A stretch of 60,568 nucleotides of DNA, filler included. It is 6 parts of 6 records of this genome, joined end to end, with 100 filler letters (N's around TTAATTAATTAA, not from the genome) between each part and the next. Parts side by side here need not be neighbours in the genome. Positions count along the whole stretch, not along the records: positions 23,079 to 29,236 come from SRR31156797_4179; positions 29,337 to 36,948 come from SRR31156797_4185; positions 37,049 to 52,167 come from SRR31156797_4195; 3 more parts are not named here. The stretch is one strand, 5' to 3'. The stretch's first letter is position 1; the number at the start of each line of letters is the position of its first letter. Both the position numbers and the translations under genes were made by a program. Below the pieces are notes generated by a model. That model was given only the letters and a program-made list of their open reading frames with translations, had not been told where the DNA came from and did not search any database. This document shows positions 28,648 to 38,472 of this stretch, piece by piece.

Positions 28648-28678
28648 AAAAGCCGGATTTTAAAAAATCCGGCTTTTT
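28648..28678. terminator. Bidirectional intrinsic terminator
   Basis: AAAAGCCGGATTTT / AAAATCCGGCTTTT. Confidence 0.85.
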
Positions 28679-28690
28679 ACATTTTTACAA

Positions 28691-29203
28691 CTATCTTCTT
28701 CCTCTAAATGGTTGCTCTCCTTTTCTTCCTTTTTTACCATTTCTTGAAAAGTCTTTCCCGCTATTAATCCTTCTATTTTCTCTTAGGTTGTCAAATTTCA
28801 GAAGTTGTTCGTCGGTCAACATGGCCCGAATTTCATATTGTTGACTTGCTCTTAATTTTGTCATTTCCAATTTAACTTCCGACATTTCATCAATATTTTT
28901 ATGAATATCTTCCAATTTGGCATTCTCCGAGGTTAATGTTTGTTGCTTCGCCTGCAATTCATTCAGTTTATTCCTGAGTGATTTTAGCTCATCTGCATTT
29001 CCTAACCTCAAATTTTCAATTGCTTCTTTTTGTTCTTCGGTAAAAATTTGTTCTGTATTCCTGCCTCTAAAATCACGTTTTTCAATTCTTTCGGTGTTTT
29101 GCACCCTACCACTTTTCATTCCTCTTTTTTGAGCGAATGCTGGTGCCGATAATAATAATAATAATACAGCAATAATTACAATACTTAATCTTTTAATTCT
29201 CAT
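28691..29203 (-). CDS. Spy/CpxP-family periplasmic protein
   Basis: Signal peptide ending AFA; FTEEQ and LTDEQ (LTxxQ) motifs flanking a coiled coil. Confidence 0.85.
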   Translation of the reverse strand: MRIKRLSIVIIAVLLLLLSAPAFAQKRGMKSGRVQNTERIEKRDFRGRNTEQIFTEEQKEAIENLRLGNADELKSLRNKLNELQAKQQTLTSENAKLEDIHKNIDEMSEVKLEMTKLRASQQYEIRAMLTDEQLLKFDNLRENRRINSGKDFSRNGKKGRKGEQPFRGRR

Positions 29204-29236
29204 GTCTTTAAAATGTTTAATAAAATTCAACTAAAT

Positions 29237-29336
29237 NNNNNNNNNNNNNNNNNNNNNNNNNNNNNNNNNNNNNNNNNNNNTTAATTAATTAANNNNNNNN
29301 NNNNNNNNNNNNNNNNNNNNNNNNNNNNNNNNNNNN
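29237..29336. other. Artificial contig spacer
   Basis: N-run + TTAATTAATTAA + N-run. Confidence 0.99.
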
Positions 29337-29337
29337 A

Positions 29338-29799
29338 TGGATGTTTGCTGCCATTATTATTATTTCAGGTTTTACAGCGAGTATTGCTTCTTCTTTAACA
29401 GTAAACCAGTTAAGTTGGAATCAAAATAGCATTGATGCTTTTAAAGAAAAGAAGGTTGCCGTAATTGAAAATTCAGCAACAGAAGCATTTTTAGAGCAAA
29501 GATTTTTCAAAAAATTGAAGGCTTATCAAACGTTGGAGGAGTGTAGAGTTGCATTAGCTGATGGAACCGTAGAAGCAGTTTCACACGATGAACCTCAATT
29601 GAAACATATTACGCAATTAGACACTTTGAATTTATTTGAGACATTGCCTATTAGCTATAACTCACAATTATATGCTTTTGGATTTTCTGAAGCATTGCCA
29701 GAGTCTGTTAAAGAAGAGATTTCAAATGAATTATTGAAAGTGATTGAAAGCACAGATTGGAAAGTGTTATTGAGTGAGTATGATCTTTTGAAAGACTAA
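29338..29799 (+). CDS. C-terminal fragment of GluR0-like ligand-gated ion channel / solute-binding fusion (5' truncated)
   Basis: WMFAAIIIISGFTASIASSLTV inner helix followed by an SBP lobe (AVSHDEPQL, YAFGF). Confidence 0.78.
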   Translation, partial: WMFAAIIIISGFTASIASSLTVNQLSWNQNSIDAFKEKKVAVIENSATEAFLEQRFFKKLKAYQTLEECRVALADGTVEAVSHDEPQLKHITQLDTLNLFETLPISYNSQLYAFGFSEALPESVKEEISNELLKVIESTDWKVLLSEYDLLKD

Positions 29800-29815
29800 T
29801 AATTTGATATTTCAT

Positions 29816-29851
29816 AAAAAAGGTTGTAGTTTTTTTTACTACAACCTTTTT
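29816..29851. terminator. Bidirectional intrinsic terminator
   Basis: AAAAAGGTTGTAGT / ACTACAACCTTTTT. Confidence 0.85.
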
Positions 29852-29855
29852 CGAT

Positions 29856-30074
29856 TTATTCCTGTTTACTTTCTTTCATGGGGCAAGTTCTAATTCCAAA
29901 GATTGTGTATAATCCACAAAAGCTAATGATGCTGGTAATTAGAAAGATACCTGCTACGACTAAAAGTATAATTCCTAAAGTCCCTGTAATGATTTCCATG
30001 AAGAAAAGTACCGCAATTGCTAATGCAATTAGAATGCGAATAATGCGATCTGCGACTCCCATATTTTTTTTCAT
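29856..30074 (-). CDS. DUF2892 (YgaP-like) membrane protein
   Basis: MKKNMG..DRIIR, two TMs, FCGLY..FGIRTC. Confidence 0.9.
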   Translation of the reverse strand: MKKNMGVADRIIRILIALAIAVLFFMEIITGTLGIILLVVAGIFLITSIISFCGLYTIFGIRTCPMKESKQE

Positions 30075-30210
30075 AATTTTATATTTTATTATTTGCAGTA
30101 CAACAAGCTGAGAATTAAAAGGTTTATCGAAGCTGGTTGTATTGAACAGGTTTATTTTTATTTAACGTTTTTGATCTTTAATTTTGTCCAATAAATATAA
30201 AACAATTGCT

Positions 30211-30975
30211 ATGTATTTCAGAATTAATCTTTTTAAAATATCATTATTTGTAATTTTTGCCACTACTGTCTTATTATTTGGTTGTGGTTATGCCGGTTCT
30301 GGTTTACTTGAGATTCCAGCAACTGTGGAAGGAGAACAGATTGTAACCCATAAATCATATGCATTGGTGTATGATGAAGAGACTGAACAAGCTAAATGGG
30401 TGGCCTGGGAGCTTACAAAAGATGAATTAAATGGCGAAGCAAAACGAAAAGACAATTTTAAGGAAGATCCTTTGGTTGTCACAGGTAGTGCCTCTGATGA
30501 TGATTATAAAGGATCCGGATACGATCGAGGGCACTTAGCCCCTGCAGCTGATATGACCTGGAGTCAGGAAGCGATGGATGAAAGTTTTTATTACAGCAAT
30601 ATGTCGCCACAGCATCCTTCGCTGAATCGTGGAATTTGGAAGCGCCTTGAAACGAAAGCCAGAGAATGGGCTGGAAAGTATGGTGAGTTATATGTAGCTA
30701 TCGGCCCGGTTTTTATTGAAGTATTGGAAGAAATTGGACCAAACAAGGTAGATGTTCCATCGCATTACTACAAAACTTTTCTGATAACCAATGATGGAGA
30801 TTTGCAAGCCATTGCCTTTTTAATGCCCAATGAAAAAGGAGGAAAGGATATTTTTGAATATGCCGTTAGTGTTGATAGTATTGAAAATCTTACAAATATT
30901 GATTTTTATCCACTACTTTATGATAGATATGAAGATGTGGTAGAATCTTTTTTCAATTTAGATTTTTGGCAATAA
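30211..30975 (+). CDS. DNA/RNA non-specific endonuclease (NucA/EndoG type), probable lipoprotein
   Basis: YDRGHLAPAAD, SNMSPQ, LNRGIWKRLE, VPSHYYK; LFGC lipobox. Confidence 0.93.
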   Translation: MYFRINLFKISLFVIFATTVLLFGCGYAGSGLLEIPATVEGEQIVTHKSYALVYDEETEQAKWVAWELTKDELNGEAKRKDNFKEDPLVVTGSASDDDYKGSGYDRGHLAPAADMTWSQEAMDESFYYSNMSPQHPSLNRGIWKRLETKAREWAGKYGELYVAIGPVFIEVLEEIGPNKVDVPSHYYKTFLITNDGDLQAIAFLMPNEKGGKDIFEYAVSVDSIENLTNIDFYPLLYDRYEDVVESFFNLDFWQ

Positions 30976-31005
30976 AAAAAGCTGCCCGAAGACAGCTTTT
31001 TTTTT
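30974..31005. terminator. Bidirectional intrinsic terminator
   Basis: AAAAAAAGCTG...CAGCTTTTTTT. Confidence 0.8.
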
Positions 31006-31020
31006 AATGTATTAATAGAA

Positions 31021-34000
31021 CTACTCCTTAATAACTTTCATTAAGTGAGTTTTTTCTTGATTATCTATTATTCGTAGCATATAAATTCCACCTGAAAGCG
31101 CTTCAGTTGATATTACATGTTTTTCGCTTGTTGGCATAGAAATGTACATTACTTCACCTAATACATTCAGTAATGCAACTTGCTCAACATTTTCCAACCC
31201 TGTTATTGTCAACTCATTTGAGAATGGGTTAGGATAAGTAGTTAAATTGCTTAAGTTGAATGATGCAATTCCAACAGGGTTCATGGTGATTGTCTCTGAT
31301 ACATCAGCTCCTGCAACTGTTACTTCACCAGTCGCATTCTCATAATCAGCCAAAGTAGCTGTGTATGCATAAGTTCCATCCATTACTGATGCTGAAGCCA
31401 TACCTGAAGCATCAGTTGTCAGCATTCCACCATCAAAAGCAATTTCAACACCTTCTAAAGGATTACTATCAATATCAACTACTGTGAATGTAACATCGTA
31501 AACTGCAGTCATTGTAACTGTTTCAGCTACATCTGAGTCTGTTATGGTCACATCACCTGATGCATCTTCATAACCGGCTAGCATTACAGTATAAGCATAT
31601 GTACCATTCATTGCCATAGTAGAAGCCATACCGGAAGCATCTGTAGTTAATGTTTCGCCATCAATCGAAATTTCAGCTTCTTCTAACGGATTGCTAGATG
31701 CATCTTGTACAATAAAATCAACGTTGTAATATAACTGATTAACAGTTATATCGAATGTTGTTGATGCTTCATTGTACATATCTTCAGCAGTTAAAGTAAC
31801 TGTAGCCATACCAAAGTTACCTGTTTCTGTTACTGTAATTACTGCAGCATTTTCTGAAAGATCAACCAATGAAGGGTTATCAGACACCATTGAATACGCT
31901 AATTCATCCATTTCTGGATCTGAGAATACTTCTGAGATATCAATGGTATAAGTACCGAATCCTTCATCTAGAGATACCGGATTAATTGTATTAGCCACCA
32001 TTGGTGCGCCATTTACGGTAACATTAAAGTCAAGATAAGCAGTATTTATTCCGCCATCTGAGATTTGCAATGTAATAAGTGCTTCACCGTGTCCTTCTTC
32101 ATAAATTTCTAAATCAGTTCCGTTTAATACGACTGTTACAACATCTTCATTATCTGAGAATACTGTGTATTCAGGATCTCCGGCAAAATTGTAATAGAAT
32201 GCATTATTATATTCTATTGCCAATGCACCAAATCCTTCTGCAAGCATCTGATCTTCAATTGGGTTTTGCACTACTGCAAATCCTCCAACATGAAGCATGA
32301 AGTTGAGCGGGTTAACCATATTTGCAGGATCATTTGTTGTAAGATTAATGGTTTCCATGTAATCACCATCAGGTAATCCAACTGCTGAAACTGTTGCCAT
32401 TACATCCATTGAAGAGCTAGGTGCAATTGTTCCAGAAAGTGTATCGAATGCAACCCATGGTGCACCAAGTTGTGGTGAGAATTTGAATTCGTCTAACAAT
32501 GCATCAATCTCATCATTTGTTACAAATCCCCCACTTTGTTTTGATACTAACATATACACAAGAAATCTTGAACTATCTATATTCGTAAACTCATCCAAGT
32601 CATTATCAGTACTAGTAGCCGGAGTGTGAACTATATCTGCACCTGCCGTATTTTCAATAATTGTGATGTGGTTAATAGAAGGGTCACCTGCATTATACAC
32701 GCGTTTTACAAATACGTCATAGTAGCTGCCGGCATAAGCAAAACCTGTAGTGTAAGTATCCATTGCACCACCACCATCAGCACCATTATTACCACTAATA
32801 TAGAATGAAGAGATGCTATCCAATTCTGCAGCAAGTCCAAAGAATCCATCTTTCTCTACAGTGAAGAATGAAGTTCCATCACCAAAGATTCCGGTTCCAT
32901 CTTCAACTGTGCCACTTGTATAGTCAATTTGAGTCGCTAAATCAGTATTGATGTAGTTAGCTCCGTCATACATATCGCCACCTCCATCGCTAATGTAATT
33001 TGATCCTCCATCCCAGGTCCAAACATAATAATCACTTAATGCAGATAGCAATGTTTGATAATCATTATCAAATAATTCATGGAGATTTTCAATATTTAAT
33101 TCTCCTACACCTATATTAAACATTAGGTCAGATTGCCCATTGTTTTCAATTGTTAACGTGTAGGTAGTATCTTCGCCTTCAACTAAGAAGTTTTCAAAAT
33201 CAGATTGGTTAATTGCAAAGGCAGGTGCTTCAAGCGCTTCAGCCATTAAATTAACTACTAAAGTATCTTCTGAAACAGCATTACTTACAATTGAAAGATG
33301 TCCGGAGTATGATCCCGACATTGCAGCATCAAATGTAACAGGTAAGTTAAATGATTCACCGGCTAAAACCATAAATGAAGTGTCAGGAACCATAAATTCA
33401 ACACTATCAATAAATACTTCAGAAACATACAATGTATCAGTTCCAGTGTTTTCAATATTTACATATTTCATACCAGGGAAACCAATATATTGTGTGCCAA
33501 AGTCTAGATCCATAGCAGCAATGTCTGGAATACCAGTTACACGTAACGTGATAGGTAAAGTAAGCATCATTTCAGTTGGATCATCAGTTTGAACTGAGAT
33601 ATTAGCATGGTATACACCTGCAATGAGGTCGCTAGCGTCTAATAATAAATCGAAATTAGAATTGGTAACATTATCAATAGAACCATCAACACTGCTAGCT
33701 TTTACCCAACCAGGAACCATCCAGCGTGTGTATGCAAATCCACCACCAGGTCCTCCGCCAGAGTATTTACTAAACATAACGTTGTAAATCATTCCAGATG
33801 TTTCATGGCGCATTGACATATATTTACCTATTACTTGTTGGGGCCCTCCACCGATAGAAGGAATAAATCCCTCATAATCGCCTGGATCGGCCATTAAAGT
33901 TTGATCAAACACCCAACCGGAATTAGTTGGTCCATTGTAATCAAATTCTGTCTGATCAAAAGCGTTAAATAGAGCTTCTGTATTGGCTCTTGTTATCCAT

Positions 34001-36264
34001 AGGTCTTCAGCAACCCTGTCCTGATTTTCAGGCAATTCCCAGTTTGCAAAATTTGCTTTCTCAAACATTACAGTATCCATACCCTCAAGAACCATTGACC
34101 AATTCAATACACCACTACCATCATTAGAAATAGTAACAGGCACAACCGAGCTTGTTCCAGCCATTAGTGTATCTACGATTTGTAGAGTATCAATTGCAAA
34201 GCCAGGAATTTCAACACCATCGGCAACAATTGCTACTTCTACCATTGGCATTTCAGGATCATTGCTTTCAATAAATAGAGTATCTTCAAATGTAGCAATG
34301 GCATCAGGCTCAAATGTAACTTCAAGCATATGTGTTTCGCCAGGTGCTACATCAAAAGTAGTTTCACTTAATGTGAATACACTTAAATTATTTGAAATAT
34401 CTGAAATACTTAAAGTTCCGGTTCCTTCATTTGAAATAGAGACCTGATTTGTTTGCGGATAACCTTGATATCCATATCCGAAATCGTAGTTTGAAGCTAC
34501 CATTATTTCAGGTTTTTCAGTTACTGTAATGTTTACAGTAATCATATGCATTCCATAGCCTGTAAACATGGTATTTACGTAAAATGAAGTTGAGTAGTCA
34601 CCTGGTTCCAATCCGTCTGAATTAACAAGAACCATGTAGGTAGAGTCAGAAGTTGGATTTATTGAAAAAGTTTCTGATTCAAATTTTAACCAATTTGCAA
34701 CTTCATATCGCTCGTAAGCAAATCCACCACCTGCACCGCCAACGGACCATTTCTTAAAGTCAACATTGTAATATTTTCCTGTTTCTTCTACAAGCATTGA
34801 AACAGTTCTACCAATTAACCCTGGGGGATTTTGATCATGGCTATCATACCATGTTCCATAATCTCCGTCAAATGAAAACTCAGTTGCAAATTCAGACCAT
34901 TCAGTGCCAATTGGACTAGTATAATTGTTATCATCATATCCAGATTCTAACATAGCATTATAGATACCCTTAGTTATATCGCGGGTTATAGCTACATTGT
35001 CACTTATATGATCTTGATTTTCAGGTAAGTCTGGATCAACAAAATCATCTCTTAGGAAGTAAACAGCATCTCCCATAGGAGCTAACTTGATGCTCAAATC
35101 CTGATCTACATCACTAGCATTAGATACTGTAAAGTATAAGGTATCCATGGTGTTTGATGGAATTGTTGTAGAAAGCTCTGTTTCTAAGATCATACCACCA
35201 ACAGAATCCATACTTGATACATTAATAGTATAAACTAATGTGTCATTATCTGGTGTTGTGTCATTGTTCTCAAAACTCAATTCGAAGCTACCATTAAAAA
35301 TTGAGTCAGGAGTAAATGTAAGCATTACCATGCCTCGTTTAAATGGTTCTATCGTAAATGAAATTTGATCAACTGAAAGTTGGTCTGTATTTGAAAATAC
35401 ATCTGTTACTTCTAAAGGAGCAAGACCAGCATTTGAAATATAGACAGGAATTGTAGCAGATTCACCATAAGTTACACCATCGATTGAATATTCATCATTT
35501 ACAGCGTAAGCCTCTGGCATGCGATCAGATACCATCATTTGAGCCTCTACCATTAGTTCTGGAGACATTGGATCATTGCTCATGATATAAACATGTGCCA
35601 TATTCATGTATGGTTCACCTGTTGCATCAAAGGTTACAGTTACATGTGCCGTATCTCCAATTGGAAGAATACCTTCAGACATGTCAAATGTTAACCAATC
35701 AGGATATTCAACCCGGGTATAACTAAAAGATCCTCCATATCCCCATTGATTCCAATTATGGAAATCTAAATCATAAAATGTTTCTGAAACAGGAATAAAT
35801 AATGAAACAATATTACTTACCTGTGATGGAGGGGGGTATACTGCGTCTTCCCAATTGGTATACCTGTCAGGGGTTATAGTATCAGAAGTACCATATGCCC
35901 ATAATGTTCCTTCAGGTGAATCTATGCCATCTCCATAAGAATCTTCAAAAGCAGCATTAAATAAACCTTCTTCGTAATCACGAGTAATCCACACATTGTA
36001 AATAATGTGATCCTGATTTTCCATTAACATTGGGTCTCCCCAGTCAGGTTTAACAAAATCTACAGTTTCTCCTTTGGCCATGATTTTCCATTCCAAAGGT
36101 CGATTACCTGTATTTACAATAGTGATTGTTCTTGTATCGGTTGCATCCGGCATAAGGGATACATCCGTCATGTTATCGTGTGTTACCATAATCTCAGCAT
36201 TTTGAGTAAATGCCATACTGATTGATAACATCGCAACAGCAATGAAAGTCAAAACTTTTTTCAT
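31021..36264 (-). CDS. Large T9SS-secreted multidomain surface protein (Ig-like/choice-of-anchor D-like modules, three copies of an unassigned domain)
   Basis: Signal peptide from ATG 36264; repeated ISNxGxxxL...SNDP Ig-like units; C-terminal YPNPF...LSGGIYMLRI...KVIKE type A CTD. Confidence 0.88.
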   Translation of the reverse strand: MKKVLTFIAVAMLSISMAFTQNAEIMVTHDNMTDVSLMPDATDTRTITIVNTGNRPLEWKIMAKGETVDFVKPDWGDPMLMENQDHIIYNVWITRDYEEGLFNAAFEDSYGDGIDSPEGTLWAYGTSDTITPDRYTNWEDAVYPPPSQVSNIVSLFIPVSETFYDLDFHNWNQWGYGGSFSYTRVEYPDWLTFDMSEGILPIGDTAHVTVTFDATGEPYMNMAHVYIMSNDPMSPELMVEAQMMVSDRMPEAYAVNDEYSIDGVTYGESATIPVYISNAGLAPLEVTDVFSNTDQLSVDQISFTIEPFKRGMVMLTFTPDSIFNGSFELSFENNDTTPDNDTLVYTINVSSMDSVGGMILETELSTTIPSNTMDTLYFTVSNASDVDQDLSIKLAPMGDAVYFLRDDFVDPDLPENQDHISDNVAITRDITKGIYNAMLESGYDDNNYTSPIGTEWSEFATEFSFDGDYGTWYDSHDQNPPGLIGRTVSMLVEETGKYYNVDFKKWSVGGAGGGFAYERYEVANWLKFESETFSINPTSDSTYMVLVNSDGLEPGDYSTSFYVNTMFTGYGMHMITVNITVTEKPEIMVASNYDFGYGYQGYPQTNQVSISNEGTGTLSISDISNNLSVFTLSETTFDVAPGETHMLEVTFEPDAIATFEDTLFIESNDPEMPMVEVAIVADGVEIPGFAIDTLQIVDTLMAGTSSVVPVTISNDGSGVLNWSMVLEGMDTVMFEKANFANWELPENQDRVAEDLWITRANTEALFNAFDQTEFDYNGPTNSGWVFDQTLMADPGDYEGFIPSIGGGPQQVIGKYMSMRHETSGMIYNVMFSKYSGGGPGGGFAYTRWMVPGWVKASSVDGSIDNVTNSNFDLLLDASDLIAGVYHANISVQTDDPTEMMLTLPITLRVTGIPDIAAMDLDFGTQYIGFPGMKYVNIENTGTDTLYVSEVFIDSVEFMVPDTSFMVLAGESFNLPVTFDAAMSGSYSGHLSIVSNAVSEDTLVVNLMAEALEAPAFAINQSDFENFLVEGEDTTYTLTIENNGQSDLMFNIGVGELNIENLHELFDNDYQTLLSALSDYYVWTWDGGSNYISDGGGDMYDGANYINTDLATQIDYTSGTVEDGTGIFGDGTSFFTVEKDGFFGLAAELDSISSFYISGNNGADGGGAMDTYTTGFAYAGSYYDVFVKRVYNAGDPSINHITIIENTAGADIVHTPATSTDNDLDEFTNIDSSRFLVYMLVSKQSGGFVTNDEIDALLDEFKFSPQLGAPWVAFDTLSGTIAPSSSMDVMATVSAVGLPDGDYMETINLTTNDPANMVNPLNFMLHVGGFAVVQNPIEDQMLAEGFGALAIEYNNAFYYNFAGDPEYTVFSDNEDVVTVVLNGTDLEIYEEGHGEALITLQISDGGINTAYLDFNVTVNGAPMVANTINPVSLDEGFGTYTIDISEVFSDPEMDELAYSMVSDNPSLVDLSENAAVITVTETGNFGMATVTLTAEDMYNEASTTFDITVNQLYYNVDFIVQDASSNPLEEAEISIDGETLTTDASGMASTMAMNGTYAYTVMLAGYEDASGDVTITDSDVAETVTMTAVYDVTFTVVDIDSNPLEGVEIAFDGGMLTTDASGMASASVMDGTYAYTATLADYENATGEVTVAGADVSETITMNPVGIASFNLSNLTTYPNPFSNELTITGLENVEQVALLNVLGEVMYISMPTSEKHVISTEALSGGIYMLRIIDNQEKTHLMKVIKE

Positions 36265-36506
36265 ACGCTCAATTTTAAGTTTATTGTTGGTTAATAGTAT
36301 ACATAGTTTACGTAAACAATAAACCTTCATGCACAAGAAAGGTTCTGGTTTTACTGTTAACTATAAGTTATTATAAGAATCCCATAGATTACTGTTTGTC
36401 AGTTTTTTACAATTCTAAAACAGTCTATGCAATGTTTAAATAGCATTTAAATATCTGATTATCTTTAAATAGAGTGTGTAGTATGTGGGGTTCGATATGT
36501 GATATG

Positions 36507-36902
36507 TTAATTATTTGCTGATGTTAACTTTTCAATGAATTTTTCATTATTAATAAGAAATCTGTCATGTGTGCATTTCCCGGCCACATCTTTACCTTCA
36601 TAAACCTCAACTTCAAATGATATTTTTCTTCCATCTACCGCTGTTACTTTTGATCTGGCGATCAGTTTTTTCCCCGGTAAGGTTGCTTTTAAATGTTTCA
36701 CATTGATCTCTATTCCCACAGTGGAATGTCCTTCCGGTAAAAATTGCTCAATGCTTTTATATGCAGCTTTTTCCATAAAGGCTATCATGGCAGGCGTGGC
36801 AAATACTTCTGCTAAACCGCTGCCGTAGGCCAATGCAGTTTGTTCTTTTTGTACAATTAAATCAATTTCGTAGGTGTGGTTGATGGGGATGTTTAGGTTC
36901 AT
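36507..36902 (-). CDS. Hotdog-fold thioesterase, FlK-like
   Basis: GSG..VFATPAMIAFME, TVG..INVKHLKAT, HDRF. Confidence 0.9.
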   Translation of the reverse strand: MNLNIPINHTYEIDLIVQKEQTALAYGSGLAEVFATPAMIAFMEKAAYKSIEQFLPEGHSTVGIEINVKHLKATLPGKKLIARSKVTAVDGRKISFEVEVYEGKDVAGKCTHDRFLINNEKFIEKLTSANN

Positions 36903-36927
36903 TTTTTTTAATATATTGATTGGTTTC

Positions 36928-36948
36928 GTAGAGACGCACGATCGTGCG
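36928..36948. repeat. GTAG-type REP-like palindrome truncated at contig end
   Basis: GTAGAGACGCACGATCGTGCG: GTAG foot plus perfect CGCACGATCGTGCG palindrome. Confidence 0.65.
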
Positions 36949-37048
36949 NNNNNNNNNNNNNNNNNNNNNNNNNNNNNNNNNNNNNNNNNNNNTTAATTAA
37001 TTAANNNNNNNNNNNNNNNNNNNNNNNNNNNNNNNNNNNNNNNNNNNN
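36949..37048. other. Artificial contig spacer
   Basis: N-run + TTAATTAATTAA + N-run. Confidence 0.99.
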
Positions 37049-37109
37049 AACCTTGGGAAACTCGTTTAGTCGAAAGAATGTGTCTATCCTGAACCTTGGG
37101 GAACTCGTT
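37049..37109. repeat. Direct repeat with 43-bp period at contig start
   Basis: AACCTTGGGAAACTCGTT (37049) and AACCTTGGGGAACTCGTT (37092), 17/18 identical. Confidence 0.7.
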
Positions 37110-37341
37110 CTTATACTTGTTTATTTTAAATCTACATGTGCTTTTTACCGAATATATACTTATCGTAATATACCAACAAAACCAGTAACTACAGGACTTC
37201 GCACACACCTTTAACACACACAAACCCTATCTATCAATACTTTATAACAACATCCTATTTTCAACTTTTTTCACTCTAATATTTTTTTGTTTAATATTTT
37301 CCTTCTATCTTAACTATAATGTTAATCAAAACTAATTTATT

Positions 37342-38061
37342 ATGATAAAACCTATTTATGTAGGATTACTAAGTAGCGATCAGTTTTATACTTTAGTAAA
37401 AAACACCTTAAACGCCATTCAATCTTCTAATATTGAAGATTCTTTAAAAGCCAGCCTTACCCAACGAATTCAGGAAGAAATGGTAAACTATGAGCATGCT
37501 TTAATGCAAGGCCGAAAAAACCCTTTAACTCAAGTGTTGGAAACAAAGGATAATATCCGCGCAGAACGCTTTTCGGGCTTTAAACATGTGGTAAAGTCGC
37601 TGACCTACCATTGGGATGCAAATATTAAAACTGCAGCGGGACAAATACTAAGTGTAATTGATCGTCATGGTTGGTCTTTAAATACAGAAGGCTATGCCAA
37701 GGAGAGTGCACTTTTAAATTCTTTAATCGGAGAATTGGAATCGGAAACGAACCAGGCTCATATCAACACCCTCCAGTTAAACGATTGGCTGGGTCAGCTC
37801 AAAACTGCACAAAGTGAATTTGAAGAAACTAGTCTTGAAAAAGATAAAATTGATGCAGTAGAAAAACCTCGTGTAGCTACATCTAAAAAAACACTGTATA
37901 ATCACTTTATGGCAGTGCTTAAATATATCGACGGGCAATACGATTTTAATCCTAATGGAGCCTTAAAATTATTGATAGAAAACATCAATCAAATTATTAT
38001 CAATATTACCTCGGTAGCCAAATCAAAACAAACACGACAAGAAAAAACCATAGAAGAATAA
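37342..38061 (+). CDS. DUF6261-family helical protein
   Basis: LETKDNIR, YAKESALLNSLIGEL, WLGQLKTAQSEFE pattern typical of Bacteroidota DUF6261. Confidence 0.75.
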   Translation: MIKPIYVGLLSSDQFYTLVKNTLNAIQSSNIEDSLKASLTQRIQEEMVNYEHALMQGRKNPLTQVLETKDNIRAERFSGFKHVVKSLTYHWDANIKTAAGQILSVIDRHGWSLNTEGYAKESALLNSLIGELESETNQAHINTLQLNDWLGQLKTAQSEFEETSLEKDKIDAVEKPRVATSKKTLYNHFMAVLKYIDGQYDFNPNGALKLLIENINQIIINITSVAKSKQTRQEKTIEE

Positions 38062-38099
38062 GTTTAATTAGCGTTTACCATTATTTTATGTTAGAGGTG

Positions 38100-38132
38100 G
38101 GGGTAGCTGTATTTATATAGTTGCCCCTTTTT
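38100..38132 (+). terminator. Intrinsic terminator
   Basis: GGGGTAGCTGTA / TATAGTTGCCCC with G-U pairs, followed by T5. Confidence 0.65.
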
Positions 38133-38472
38133 AATTATTAATGAGAAGCGTGTTAAAAACTACACTTTAATAAGAAAACATAAAACCATGTTAGCTTATC
38201 CTATAGATTCTAAAAGCGCATAGGATTCATATTTTTCTACAATCAATAAAAATAAACCAACAAGTCCGCTCACATCAACCTTAATCGGCTCATGCATTAA
38301 GGTGGTTTAACTACTTACTTGTTTCTTCATATAGATGATGTAATCATTATTTTACAAACCGGATTTTTAATAAGCTAAGTAATGTATCTGATCAATTCAT
38401 ATAATCAGTATTAAGAAATAATATCCAAATAATTTCGTTTAGCAATTATCTAATCATATTAAACATTAATCT

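Noticed and set aside
37049..37109. CRISPR array
   Set aside because: Only two 18-bp units, a period of 43 bp is too short, and no cas genes are on the contig
38266..38319. LytTR-like boxes (CCGCTCA, CGGCTCA, CTACTTA) upstream of the S41 protease
   Set aside because: Spacings of 20 and 25 bp are irregular and no cognate regulator is nearby
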